The position numbers and the translations under genes are program-made. Of a DNA stretch of 64,000 nt, positions 1 to 11,308 are shown one piece after another (position 1 is the stretch's first letter; each line of letters starts with the position of its first letter). Location of the stretch: the NCBI GenBank assembly GCA_966096115.1, contig CBHTUE010000002.1:9162-73161 (forward strand), in the 5' to 3' direction. The notes under the pieces were generated by a model. It was given only the letters and a program-made list of their open reading frames with translations. It searched no databases and was not told the origin of the DNA. The DNA comes from an uncultured Phenylobacterium sp. Its GTDB lineage: Bacteria; Pseudomonadota; Alphaproteobacteria; Caulobacterales; Caulobacteraceae.

Positions 1-2
1 TG

Positions 3-707
3 CCGCGCGGGCCCAGGCCGCCGAGCTTCTCGTTCCCACAGTGGCGCGGGGAGCCGGTGGAGCGCCTGCTGGTGCTGCCGGAACAGGGGTTCGGCGACCA
101 GATCATGTTCGCCCGCTATCTGCCGGTGCTGGCCGCCCGTGGGATCCGCGTGACGGTGATGGCGCCGCCGCAGCTGGCGCGGCTGTTCGAGCCGCTGGCG
201 CCCGAGGTGCTCCCGATCAGCGGGACCTTGAGCGTGCCGCCGCGCGACGCCTGGTGCTTCATCGGTTCGCTCCCCGGGCTGACCGGCGAGCTGCCGACGG
301 CGCCCTATCTGCCCGGCGCCCGGGCGGGGTCGGGCGGCGGGGTCATGACCTTCGTCGCCGACGCGGGCCGGGCGCCGCCGGCGGCCGCCGCGGAGCTGGC
401 CGCCCTGGGCCGCGACCTGCAGCCGGCGGCGACCGGCGCCCGGGACTTTCAGGACACCGCCGACATCATCGCGGGGCTGGCGCTGGTGATCTCCGTCGAC
501 ACCGCGGTGCTGCATGTGGCCGGTGCGATGGGCAAACCGTTCTGGGTGCTGCTGCCGCACGACGCCGACTGGCGATGGGGCCGAGGCGTCGCGAGCTCGC
601 AGTGGTATCCTTCGGCCCGGCTGTTCCGGCAGCGCACGCCCGGCGACTGGGCCGGTGTGGTGGGCGACGTCAAGGCGGCCTTGGTGGCGGCGGGATTGCA
701 CACGTGA
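3..707 (+). CDS. GT9-like (TPR-associated) glycosyltransferase, C-terminal part; 5' end outside window
   Basis: Frame open from position 3; EQGFGDQIMFARY and LVISVDTAVLHVAGAMGKP...DWRW motifs typical of GT-B/GT9-like domains. Confidence 0.8.
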   Translation, partial: PRGPRPPSFSFPQWRGEPVERLLVLPEQGFGDQIMFARYLPVLAARGIRVTVMAPPQLARLFEPLAPEVLPISGTLSVPPRDAWCFIGSLPGLTGELPTAPYLPGARAGSGGGVMTFVADAGRAPPAAAAELAALGRDLQPAATGARDFQDTADIIAGLALVISVDTAVLHVAGAMGKPFWVLLPHDADWRWGRGVASSQWYPSARLFRQRTPGDWAGVVGDVKAALVAAGLHT

Positions 708-1294
708 AGTTCAACATGGGCTGCGGCCACAACCGGTTGAGCGGCTTCATCAACGTCGACGCCGTGGCGGTGTGCAATCCCGACGAGGTCTGGGATCTGG
801 AGCGCACGCCATGGCCCTGGCCCGATGGGTGCGCCGAGGAGGTGCGCTTCATCCACGCGCTTGAGCACATGGGCGGCGACCCCAAGGTGTTCCTGGCGAT
901 CATGACCGAGCTGTACCGGATCATGGCGCCGGGCGGCCGGGTCGAGATCCACGTGCCGCATCCCCGGCACGACAACTTCCTGAACGACCCCACCCATGTG
1001 CGGGCGATCACCCCGGACCTGCTCAGCCTGTTCGACCGCGAGCTGAACGACCGGTGGCAGGCGACGGGCAGCTCCAACAGCCCGCTGGCGCACTACACCG
1101 GCGTGAACTTCAAGCTGGTCTCGCGGGCCGCGACGCCGGCCGAGCCGTACGCGTCCCAGCTGCGCAACGGCGAGATCACCCAGGCGCAGATCACCGCCTT
1201 CGAACAGCAGCGCAACAACGTGGCGAGCGAGTTCAGGATCGTGCTCCAGGCGGTCAAGGACCAGGATGCCGGCGTCCCGAGGAACCACGCGTGA
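704..1294 (+). CDS. Class I SAM-dependent methyltransferase (type 11-like)
   Basis: GTG start overlapping the upstream TGA (GTGA at 704-707); NMGCG motif I, INVD, HALEH, DPTH; the N-terminal part of track ORF 41..1294 is a shadow. Confidence 0.8.
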   Translation: MKFNMGCGHNRLSGFINVDAVAVCNPDEVWDLERTPWPWPDGCAEEVRFIHALEHMGGDPKVFLAIMTELYRIMAPGGRVEIHVPHPRHDNFLNDPTHVRAITPDLLSLFDRELNDRWQATGSSNSPLAHYTGVNFKLVSRAATPAEPYASQLRNGEITQAQITAFEQQRNNVASEFRIVLQAVKDQDAGVPRNHA

Positions 1295-1348
1295 TTGACC
1301 CGGCGCGGCTTCTCCTCGCAGGGTCGGGGTTCATCGACAGGATTCCCA

Positions 1349-2740
1349 GTGCGTCCATTCCTCCTCGGCGTGACCTGCGCCCTCCTCGCCTCCACCGCGC
1401 TCGCGGCGCCTAAGCCACCCGCGGCGGTCGATCCCGCGCTGCACGACCAGGCGCTGGAGATCCTGACGCGCGGCATCGCGTTCAACACCTCCGAGGGCGC
1501 GGGCCAGACGGTGGCCTATGCGGAGTACCTGAAGGGCGTGCTGGTCGCCGCCGGCTATGCGCCGGACGACATCGTGATCACGCCGATGAACGGCACGGCG
1601 TGGATGACCGCGCGCTATCCGGGGACGTATCCGAAGAAGCCGCCACTGGTGATCTCCGGCCACATGGACGTGGTGGCCGCCAAGCGCGAGGACTGGACGC
1701 GCGATCCGTTCACGCCGGTGGTGGAGAACGGCTGGATCTATGGCCGCGGCGCGGTGGACGACAAGTTCGACGTCTCGATGGTGGTCGCCAAGCTGGCGCA
1801 GCTGCGCAAGAGCGGCTGGAAGCCGGGCCGCGACGTGGTGCTGGCGCTGTCGGGCGACGAGGAGACGGCGATGCAGACCACAGCGGTCCTCGCCGAGCGG
1901 CTGAAGGACGCCTGGCTGGTGCTGAACACCGACGGCGGCGGCGGTAGCCTGAAGGACGGAAAGCCCACGCCCTATGGCATCCAGGGGGCGGAAAAGACCT
2001 ACGCCGACTTCATCGTCGCGATCACCGATCCCGGCGGCCATTCCAGCCGGCCGACGCCGACCAATCCGATCTACCGCCTGAACCGCGCGCTGGACCGGCT
2101 GGCCGCCTACACGTTCCCGACCATGAGCAACGACATCACCCGCGCGGCCCTGAAAGCCGAGGGCGGCGTGACGCCCGGCCCGCTCGGCGAGGCGATGAAG
2201 GCGTTCGCGGCCGACCCGGAAGACCCCAAGGCCGTCGCGACCCTGAGCGCCGAGCCGTCGGTGAACCCTATGTTGCGCACCACCTGTGTCGCCACCGAGA
2301 TCGGCGGCGGGCACGCCCCCAACGCCCTGCCGCAGAAGGCCTGGGCCAACATCAACTGCCGGATCTTCCCGGGCGTGTCGTCGGAGAGCGTGAAGGGAAA
2401 GCTGGCCGAGGTCCTGGCCGATCCCACTGCGACCGTCACGCGCAAGGACGACGGCGGCCTGGACACCCCGGCCTCGCCCCTGCGCCCCGACGTGGTGGCG
2501 GCGGTGACCAAGGCGGTGCACGCGCGCTATCCTGGCTTGGCGATCACCGCCTCGCAGGACAGTGGCGCCTCGGACAGCATGTACTTCCGCGCCAAGGGCA
2601 TCCCCAGCTACGGCGTGTCGGGGCTGGTGATGGAGGAAGGCGTCAGCTTCATCCATGGGCTGAACGAGAAGGCCCCCGTGGCCGGCATCGACGGCGACCT
2701 GGCCCATTGGGATTCGCTGCTGCGCGACATGGCGAAGTAG
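1349..2740 (+). CDS. Secreted M20/M25/M40 family metallopeptidase
   Basis: Signal peptide after GTG 1349; SGHMDVV, GRGAVDDK, DEE, GHSS and HGLNE metal-binding motifs. Confidence 0.9.
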   Translation: MRPFLLGVTCALLASTALAAPKPPAAVDPALHDQALEILTRGIAFNTSEGAGQTVAYAEYLKGVLVAAGYAPDDIVITPMNGTAWMTARYPGTYPKKPPLVISGHMDVVAAKREDWTRDPFTPVVENGWIYGRGAVDDKFDVSMVVAKLAQLRKSGWKPGRDVVLALSGDEETAMQTTAVLAERLKDAWLVLNTDGGGGSLKDGKPTPYGIQGAEKTYADFIVAITDPGGHSSRPTPTNPIYRLNRALDRLAAYTFPTMSNDITRAALKAEGGVTPGPLGEAMKAFAADPEDPKAVATLSAEPSVNPMLRTTCVATEIGGGHAPNALPQKAWANINCRIFPGVSSESVKGKLAEVLADPTATVTRKDDGGLDTPASPLRPDVVAAVTKAVHARYPGLAITASQDSGASDSMYFRAKGIPSYGVSGLVMEEGVSFIHGLNEKAPVAGIDGDLAHWDSLLRDMAK

Positions 2741-2756
2741 TCGGGTTCAATCCGCT

Positions 2757-2797
2757 CCGTCGTCCGGCCGCAGCGAAGCGGCGCGCCGGGAGGACGG
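2757..2797. repeat. Degenerate REP-like hairpin between convergent genes
   Basis: CCGTCGTCCGGCCGCAGCGAAGCGGCGCGCCGGGAGGACGG is an imperfect inverted repeat with a GCGAAGC core. Confidence 0.4.
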
Positions 2798-2802
2798 GGG
2801 GA

Positions 2803-4365
2803 TCAGGCCAGGCGTCGCGCCGGCAGGTCGGCCCAGCGCTTGGCGAAGATGGCGCGGACCTTGGGCGCCTCTTTCGCATGGCGCGCCTCCGCCAGCGCCA
2901 TCACGGCGCCGGCAAAAGCCGTCCAACCGGCCTGGGTGTCGTCGATGGAGGGCGAGGTCTTCCAGGCTTCCAGCAGCAGCGGATCTGCCGCGCCCGCGCC
3001 CAGTAGGGACCGAATCTCCCAGAAAGCGCCGCCCCACGCCTCGCCCACCGGATGCGGTGCGACCGTGGTCTGGCCCAGATCCAGCGCCACGTCGTTGTCC
3101 ATCCGGCGCACGTAGCCGTTCGGGAACACCGTCTCCTTGAACAGGCGGTTGAACACCGGCGCGGCCTTGGCGGCGAATAGAGGCTGGCCGTTGAAGCTGC
3201 ACGGCAGGTAGTCGGCCAGCCCGGACTGGATGGACCCGAAGCCCTCCCGCTTGCGCGGCCGCGCCTCCATCAGCACGTGGTGGCTGTACTCGCGCAGCAG
3301 CACGTCCGGGTCGCCGGCCAGGGCCTTGGCGATGACCATCTTGTTGGGGGCCATGTAGTAGGCGTTGTCGCGGGTCTTGGGATCGATGTGCACCGTCACC
3401 GGCTTGCCCGGCTTCACGCCGATGCCCAGCAGCCACTGCCGGTAGCGGGTGAGCACCGCCTCCAGCCTGGCCTGCAGCCGGGGCGTCAGCGCGGTGGACT
3501 TCTCGAAGCCGACGAACTGCTCGATGCGGGTGACCTTCGCGGCGATGTCGCGGACGCTGCTTTCCAGCTCCGACACCTCGCCCAGGCGCGCGCGCAGGGC
3601 GACGAGTTCTGTCTGCAGGCCCGCGGCGTCCTTCATCTGCTGCTCAACGGCGTCGCGGGCCGCCTTCAGTTCGCCGTCGATCTTCTCGCGTTCGGCCTTC
3701 AGGTCGGTGTCGATGCCGTCGCGCGCCTTCTCCACCGTGGCGCGGAAGTCGGCGTAGGAACGCACGCCCAGGATCGCCAGGACCGCCGCCAGGATCGCCA
3801 GCGGCAGGCCGACCGCGAGCGCGAACCACTGGGCCCATTTCAGCAGCCGCTCGGCGATGGCGTCGGAGGTCTCGAATTCGACGAGCTTGGCGTCGCGGCC
3901 TTCCGGGGCGGCGGGAGCGGCCGCGGCGGACGCGGCGACGGACGCGGGAGCCGGGAGGTCCTCGGCGGCGACCAGCGAACGCTGCTTGGGCGTGAGCACG
4001 ATCAGGGCCTTGCGCGCCGTCTCCCGCTCGGCGCGGGCGATCTCGGCGTCCAGCTGTTCGAGCCGGGCGGCGGAGGCGTCGGCGGCGACCTGGCCGGGGT
4101 CGGCCAGCTGCTGGCGGCGGACTTTCAGGGCCAGCACGCGGCGCTCGGCGACCAGCGGCGCGGCCGCGATCTCGGCGTCGATGCGCAGGAGGTTGAACTG
4201 CTGCTTCTGGGCGTCGGTGAGGCGCAGCGCGCCGGCGCGGGCCTGCACTGCCTCGACGTACCGGGCGCCGTCGCCGCCCTGCCCGACGGCCGGCCCGGCG
4301 GCCAACAGCAGGACGCACGCCACCAGGGTGGCCTGACACCGCGCCGAACGTGCGAGCCTCGCCAT
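2803..4365 (-). CDS. Membrane protein: signal peptide, Spy/CpxP-like LTxxQ domain, TM helix, coiled coil, degenerate M4/M36-like peptidase domain
   Basis: LRLTDAQKQQ and VLTPKQR motifs; hydrophobic FALAVGLPLAILAAVLAILGV; NAYY...REYSHH...QSGLADY...PHPVGEAWGGAFWEIR. Confidence 0.65.
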   Translation of the reverse strand: MARLARSARCQATLVACVLLLAAGPAVGQGGDGARYVEAVQARAGALRLTDAQKQQFNLLRIDAEIAAAPLVAERRVLALKVRRQQLADPGQVAADASAARLEQLDAEIARAERETARKALIVLTPKQRSLVAAEDLPAPASVAASAAAAPAAPEGRDAKLVEFETSDAIAERLLKWAQWFALAVGLPLAILAAVLAILGVRSYADFRATVEKARDGIDTDLKAEREKIDGELKAARDAVEQQMKDAAGLQTELVALRARLGEVSELESSVRDIAAKVTRIEQFVGFEKSTALTPRLQARLEAVLTRYRQWLLGIGVKPGKPVTVHIDPKTRDNAYYMAPNKMVIAKALAGDPDVLLREYSHHVLMEARPRKREGFGSIQSGLADYLPCSFNGQPLFAAKAAPVFNRLFKETVFPNGYVRRMDNDVALDLGQTTVAPHPVGEAWGGAFWEIRSLLGAGAADPLLLEAWKTSPSIDDTQAGWTAFAGAVMALAEARHAKEAPKVRAIFAKRWADLPARRLA

Positions 4366-4420
4366 GCACTCGACGCTAGCTACACCTTAGGATGCAGGCA
4401 ACACGCGTCACGCGAAGGGG

Positions 4421-6289
4421 TCAGGCTCCGTGCGCCCTGAGCGCGGCGCGGTCTGCCGGCGACAGGTCCATCGTGGCCGCGGCGCGCCACTTCGCCCGCG
4501 CCTCGTCCGTCCTGCCCAGCTTCGCCAGCGCCTCGCCCCACTTCAGGTGCAGGCGGCCCCAGCGGGGGGCGAGTTTGGCGGCTTCCGTGAACTTCGCCGC
4601 TGCGCCCTTGGCGTCGCCCTTGGCCAACAGGGCCTCGCCGGCGATCTCGGGGGGATCCGCGAAACGCGGCGCTCGGCGCTCGGCGACTCTCGCCCTGGCC
4701 AGGGCTCCGGCTAGGTCGCCGCGTGCGAGCAACGCCTGGGCCCAGGCGCTCTCGGCCCAGGCGCCCTTCGGGTCCGCCGTCGCCGCTCGGGCGAACCAGG
4801 CGTCGGCGCTCGCCGCGTCACCGGCCAGGGCCGCTATGCGACCGCGCACGATCAGGCTGTCGTAGCTATCGAGCGGCGCGGCGGCGATCCGCGCCCGCGC
4901 GGCGGCCGGATCGGCACCGCCGGCCAACGCCAGCGCCACCTGCGGCCCGACCTCTACCACGATGCGGTCGCGAAGCGCCGGGTAGCGGGCGGCCAGGGCC
5001 TCGGCCTCGGCCGCCGCGGCCAGAGCGGCGGTGACATCGCCTTCGGCCACCCGGACCTTCAGGCGCATCAGTACGGCGTCGTAGGCCCGCGCCACGGTCG
5101 TGCGCGCGCCGGCGGACGGATCGGGTCGCGCGAGGTCGGCGCGCGCCGCCGCGATGTCGTGCTGGGCCAGGTGCACCCGGACCAGCACACCCACCATGTT
5201 GGTGTTGGCCCCCTGGGACCCGGCCGCCACGATCCCCGATGCGGCGGCCAGGGCCTTCGGGAGGTCCGCGTCGGCCAGCGCGGTAATCACTTCGGCGCGA
5301 AGCCGGGTCACGCGCCGGTCGCGCACGTCGGCGCGGGGCGTATCGTTCGCCAGCGCCTGAGCGGCGGCGGCGCGAGCCGCGGCGGGATGTCCCATCTGGA
5401 GTTCGTTGAAGGCGATGTTGGTCGGCGGCAGCATCATCCACGGCGCGATGGCCTGCGCGGCGCGGGAATAGCGGATCGAGGTGGCGACACCCTCCGTGTC
5501 CAGCGCCGCGTTGGCGAGCCCGCTGAAGCCCCACGCCCGCTCCGCCGGCGGCCCCGCGCGGGCGAGACGACCGAATATCGCCGCGCCCACCAGCGGGTCG
5601 CCGTGCTGACGCTGCCATATGGCGTAGCGGTAGGGCTCAGCGCGGGCGAACGCCGCGTCACCCGCGGCGTCGATCAGACCCTCCAACTCGGCCTCCGCGC
5701 CCCGGGCCGTGACCCCAGGCTGCGCGGCGACACGCACGGTCAACGCGGCCGCCCCGCCGTGCAGGGCGACCTCGCCGGTGATGTGGGTCTCGTGACCGAG
5801 CCAGCCGCGCAGTTCCCGGTTCAGTTCGGCAATGGTCACGCCGGTCTCGGGAATCTCGATCCGCACGTCGCCATCCCAGGTGCGCGCGAAGCTGGACGGG
5901 GCGCGCTGGCTCGAGACCTGCGACTGCATCGTACTCATGCGGTCCAGCAGTCGGCTGGCCACGACCTGGCCGATCATCCCCTCCTGCGCCAGTGACGGCG
6001 GCACGGAGAAGGGTTCGATGATCAGGGCGTGCGCTCGCGACGCCTGCCAGATCAGCACGCCGAGCGTGGCGGCCAGAGCCAGACCGGCCAAACCCGTGAG
6101 CGCCTTGAGGGCGAATCCGGCCCGCTCGGAGGCGATCTGCCAGCGGATCAGCCGGCCCTGGTCGACGAGCAGCCGGCGAGCGGGACTGTCGGGGGCGGTG
6201 TCCTTCGCCTCCGCCTCCATGGCGATCTCGACGGCATCCGGCGTGGTGGGCGCGGGGTCGGGCTTGGGTCGAACGGGCCGCTTCGCCAT
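4421..6289 (-). CDS. Membrane-anchored TPR-like repeat protein (paralog A)
   Basis: ATG 6289 immediately after the upstream stop; N-terminal TM, Ala-rich helical TPR-like C-terminus ending PRWGRLHLKWGEAL. Confidence 0.75.
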   Translation of the reverse strand: MAKRPVRPKPDPAPTTPDAVEIAMEAEAKDTAPDSPARRLLVDQGRLIRWQIASERAGFALKALTGLAGLALAATLGVLIWQASRAHALIIEPFSVPPSLAQEGMIGQVVASRLLDRMSTMQSQVSSQRAPSSFARTWDGDVRIEIPETGVTIAELNRELRGWLGHETHITGEVALHGGAAALTVRVAAQPGVTARGAEAELEGLIDAAGDAAFARAEPYRYAIWQRQHGDPLVGAAIFGRLARAGPPAERAWGFSGLANAALDTEGVATSIRYSRAAQAIAPWMMLPPTNIAFNELQMGHPAAARAAAAQALANDTPRADVRDRRVTRLRAEVITALADADLPKALAAASGIVAAGSQGANTNMVGVLVRVHLAQHDIAAARADLARPDPSAGARTTVARAYDAVLMRLKVRVAEGDVTAALAAAAEAEALAARYPALRDRIVVEVGPQVALALAGGADPAAARARIAAAPLDSYDSLIVRGRIAALAGDAASADAWFARAATADPKGAWAESAWAQALLARGDLAGALARARVAERRAPRFADPPEIAGEALLAKGDAKGAAAKFTEAAKLAPRWGRLHLKWGEALAKLGRTDEARAKWRAAATMDLSPADRAALRAHGA

Positions 6290-6290
6290 C

Positions 6291-8168
6291 TCAGACCCCA
6301 TGAGCCTTGAGCGCGGCGCGGTCTGCCGCCGAGAGGTCCATCGTCGCTGCGGCGCGCCATTTCGCCTGGGCCTCGTCGGCCTTGCCCAGCTTCGCCAGCG
6401 CCTCGCCCCACTTCAGGTGGAGCCGACCCCAGCGCGGGGCGAGCTTGGCGGCGTCGGCGAACCTGGCCGCGGCGCCGGCGGCGTCGCCCTGGGCCAGCAG
6501 GGCCTCGCCCCACACCTCCGTCGGGTCACCATAGGCCGGCTGCTTGCGCTGGGCAGCGCCGGCCTTGGCCAGAGCGCCAGCGATGTCGCCCCGGGCCAGC
6601 AGGACGCGGGCCCAATCGGTCTCGCCGAACGGCAGCGCCGGATTCTGTCGTACCGCCTCGGCGAACCACCCGTCGGCGGCGCGGCGGTCGCCGGCGGCCT
6701 CGGCGACCTCGCCCCGGATGCGCAGGCACCGGTAGCAGTCACGCGGCAGGGTCGCGGCCACCGCCTGGGCCTCCGGCAGCCGCCCCATCCGCGCCAGCGC
6801 CAGCGCCCGCCAGGGGTCTCCGCTGGGCGCGTCCATCAGCGCCTGGGTCGGGTTGGTCGAGCCGGTGGCGAGGGTCTCCAGCACGTCCGGCCAGTCCTGA
6901 TCGGCGGCGGCGGCTTTGACCATCAGGGCGGTGCGGAAGGCCTCGCCGCGCGCGGGGGTGCGGCTGGCCTGCAGCATCAACGGGACTTCCCGACGCGCGT
7001 CGCCGATCCGGTGCAGGCCGATGAGGATGTCGATGTGGTCCTGCCGCGAGGAGAGGTCGTAGGAGCCCCGCATGCGCTTTTCCAGGGAAGGTGACACCTG
7101 CGCCTCGGCCGCGTTGTAGTCGCCGATCATCAGCGCGTGATGCATCCGGGCGTTCGACAGCTGCCGCGTCCGCTGGATGGCCGGGTCCACCTTGCGGCGC
7201 CGGATATCGGCCACAGCCAGGGCGCTCTGCTCGGCGGCGGCCTGATTGTGCCCCAGCCCGTGCTCGACAAACGCCAGAACGAGGCGCGCGTCCGGGGCGC
7301 CCAGCCGGATGGCTTCGCGCAGCTCAACCGCCGCCTCCTTGTTGCGGCCCAGCGACAGATAGAGCCCGCCCAGATTCCTGCGGGCGTCGCGAAGCTGAAG
7401 GTCCGACTCCGAGGTCGCGATCACCCTGGCGTAGACTCGCATCGCCGCGTCGGGCTGCCCGCGGTTGAACAGCACGCGGGCGTATTCGACCGGCCGGGCC
7501 TGGGCCAGGAGCTGCTCGGCGACGCCGGCGGCGAGGGCCGGCAGGTCGCCGACCGGGCCGGCGGCGCTGACCGTCGAGCCGCCGGGCGCGCGCGCCGCGA
7601 TCGCCATGCCGTCGGCGGTCAACGTGACCTCGCCGGTGATATGGGTCTCGTGGCCCAGCCAGCGCCGCAGGAGCCGGTCGACCTCGTCGAGGGAGAGGCC
7701 GGTGCGCGGGATCTCCACCTGGCTGCGGGTGCTCCAGCCATCCGAGAGTGAGAGCGACTGGGATGCGTTGGCCTCACCGTTCAGCCGGGCGAGCTGGTCC
7801 AGCACCGCGGCGGACACCGCCGTGCCGACCATGCCCTGACGGGCCAGCTCCGGCGGGACCGAGAACGCCTCGACCACCAGGCCGTCCGCCCGGCTGGCGT
7901 TCCAGGCCATGCCGACCAGCAGGGCCGCCACCGCCAGGCCGACGAGACCCGTCAGAGCCCGCAGCACGAAGCCCATGCGCTCGTTGTGGATCTGCCAGCC
8001 GATCAGCGCGCTCTGCCGGCGCAGCACCTCGTGCGCGATGCCCTCGGGCGGCACACCCGTGGCCTCGGCCTCCATGGCGATCTCGACGGGGTCCGGCGTC
8101 GTCGGGGCCGGCGTCTCGGCGCGGGCGCGCGGCTTGCGGGCTTTCGGCCGTTCCGTGGTCACGCGCAC
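6291..8168 (-). CDS. Membrane-anchored TPR-like repeat protein (paralog B)
   Basis: Same architecture as 4421..6289, sharing PTTPDxVEIAMEAEA and the C-terminal segment; GTG start at 8168 or 8162. Confidence 0.75.
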   Translation of the reverse strand: MRVTTERPKARKPRARAETPAPTTPDPVEIAMEAEATGVPPEGIAHEVLRRQSALIGWQIHNERMGFVLRALTGLVGLAVAALLVGMAWNASRADGLVVEAFSVPPELARQGMVGTAVSAAVLDQLARLNGEANASQSLSLSDGWSTRSQVEIPRTGLSLDEVDRLLRRWLGHETHITGEVTLTADGMAIAARAPGGSTVSAAGPVGDLPALAAGVAEQLLAQARPVEYARVLFNRGQPDAAMRVYARVIATSESDLQLRDARRNLGGLYLSLGRNKEAAVELREAIRLGAPDARLVLAFVEHGLGHNQAAAEQSALAVADIRRRKVDPAIQRTRQLSNARMHHALMIGDYNAAEAQVSPSLEKRMRGSYDLSSRQDHIDILIGLHRIGDARREVPLMLQASRTPARGEAFRTALMVKAAAADQDWPDVLETLATGSTNPTQALMDAPSGDPWRALALARMGRLPEAQAVAATLPRDCYRCLRIRGEVAEAAGDRRAADGWFAEAVRQNPALPFGETDWARVLLARGDIAGALAKAGAAQRKQPAYGDPTEVWGEALLAQGDAAGAAARFADAAKLAPRWGRLHLKWGEALAKLGKADEAQAKWRAAATMDLSAADRAALKAHGV

Positions 8169-8308
8169 CCCCAGCGGCGATCAGGCTTAACCGTAGGCCG
8201 GGTTCTGCGGCCTTGGCCAGCCCGCCGCGAAAAAGCTCGCACTTCCCCAACGGCGCCGGAGTAACCTGTTCTGCAAATGTGTCAGCCGACGTCTGGGAGG
8301 ACGACAGC

Positions 8309-10072
<1,764 letters not shown>

Positions 10073-10089
10073 GCGCCGCTCCTCAGCGC

Positions 10090-10225
10090 CGTCATCCCCC
10101 GGCTTGTCCGGGGGACCTATGCTTCAGCTTGCACGTGAGACCGTGAGGGGTCGCGGCGTCGATGCTCGCGAGCCTTCCGACAGATTCGGTGTGAATGGGT
10201 CCCCCGGACAAGCCGGGGGATGACG
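10090..10225. repeat. REP/MITE-like palindromic element, copy 1
   Basis: Perfect 28-bp terminal inverted repeat (CGTCATCCCCCGGCTTGTCCGGGGGACC at 10090-10117 and its reverse complement at 10198-10225); each arm has its own CCCCCGG-CTTGT-CCGGGGG hairpin. Confidence 0.85.
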
Positions 10226-10288
10226 AGATTAGCTTGAGCGCTGCGTGACGATCAGCCCTAGATGGCGAAGGCTGCGGGAGGACCAACC

Positions 10289-11308
10289 ATGCGCCAGGCT
10301 ATCGCGGGACTGTTTGCGGCCCTGATCGGGTTCGGTGGGGCGCACGCGCAGGCGCCCGCCACCCCCATCAACACGGCGCTGGACGTCTATGCCAAGCCGC
10401 AGCGGCTGGTGGCGCTGGCGGACGGACGCCACATCGCCCTCTTCTGCCAGGGCAAGGGCGTGCCGACCGTGATCTTCACCGCCGGCCTCGGCGGGTGGGC
10501 CACCTCGTGGGCGAAGGTCCAGCCGGCCGTCGCCAAGCATACGCGGACCTGCGCCTGGGACCGCGCCGGCTTCGGCCACTCCGACGGCGACGATCAGCCT
10601 CAGACCCTGGCCCGCACGACCGCCGACCTGGAACAGGCGCTGGCGGCCGGCCACGTGAAGGGCCCGTACGTCCTGGTCGGCCACTCGGCCGGTGCGTTCG
10701 AGACCCTGCGCTTCGCCGACCAGCATCGCGGCGAGGTCGCGGGCATCGTGCTGGTCGATCCGTCCGTCCCCGACCAGGCGACCCGGTTCGCCGCCATCTC
10801 GGAGACCATCAGCAAGGCGCAGGCGATCGCCATGGGCGCGCAGATCTCGTTCCAGCGGAGCTGCGCCAAGGGCCTGAAGGACGGCACCATCAAGCCCGAC
10901 GACGGGGTGTGGAAGGCCTGCTTCCGGCAAGGCCCGGGCACGTCGGCCCTGCTGGCCGGCGCGATGGCCGAGCGTGACCGGCAACCCGGACGGTTCACCG
11001 CCAAGGCCTCGCTGGCCGAGCAGTTCGGGGCCAGCGCGGCGGCCGTGGCCGACGCGAACCGCACCTACGGCGACCTGCCGCTGATCGTGCTGACGCAAGG
11101 GACGGGGCTGGGGATTCCGGGCGCGACGGCCGAACAGATGGCCGCGCTCAACAGCGGCTGGATCGGCTGGCATGACGACTACGCCAAGCTCTCGACCCGC
11201 GGCGTGAACCTGATCGTCCGCGGCGCCGGCCACGGCATCCAGGACGATAAGCCCCAGGCGGTGATTGGCGCGATCGTGGCGGTGCTGGAGATGGCGAGCG
11301 CGCGCTAG
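10289..11308 (+). CDS. Secreted alpha/beta hydrolase
   Basis: SD GGAGG, signal peptide, GHSAG nucleophile elbow, WDRAGFG, C-terminal AGH. Confidence 0.85.
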   Translation: MRQAIAGLFAALIGFGGAHAQAPATPINTALDVYAKPQRLVALADGRHIALFCQGKGVPTVIFTAGLGGWATSWAKVQPAVAKHTRTCAWDRAGFGHSDGDDQPQTLARTTADLEQALAAGHVKGPYVLVGHSAGAFETLRFADQHRGEVAGIVLVDPSVPDQATRFAAISETISKAQAIAMGAQISFQRSCAKGLKDGTIKPDDGVWKACFRQGPGTSALLAGAMAERDRQPGRFTAKASLAEQFGASAAAVADANRTYGDLPLIVLTQGTGLGIPGATAEQMAALNSGWIGWHDDYAKLSTRGVNLIVRGAGHGIQDDKPQAVIGAIVAVLEMASAR

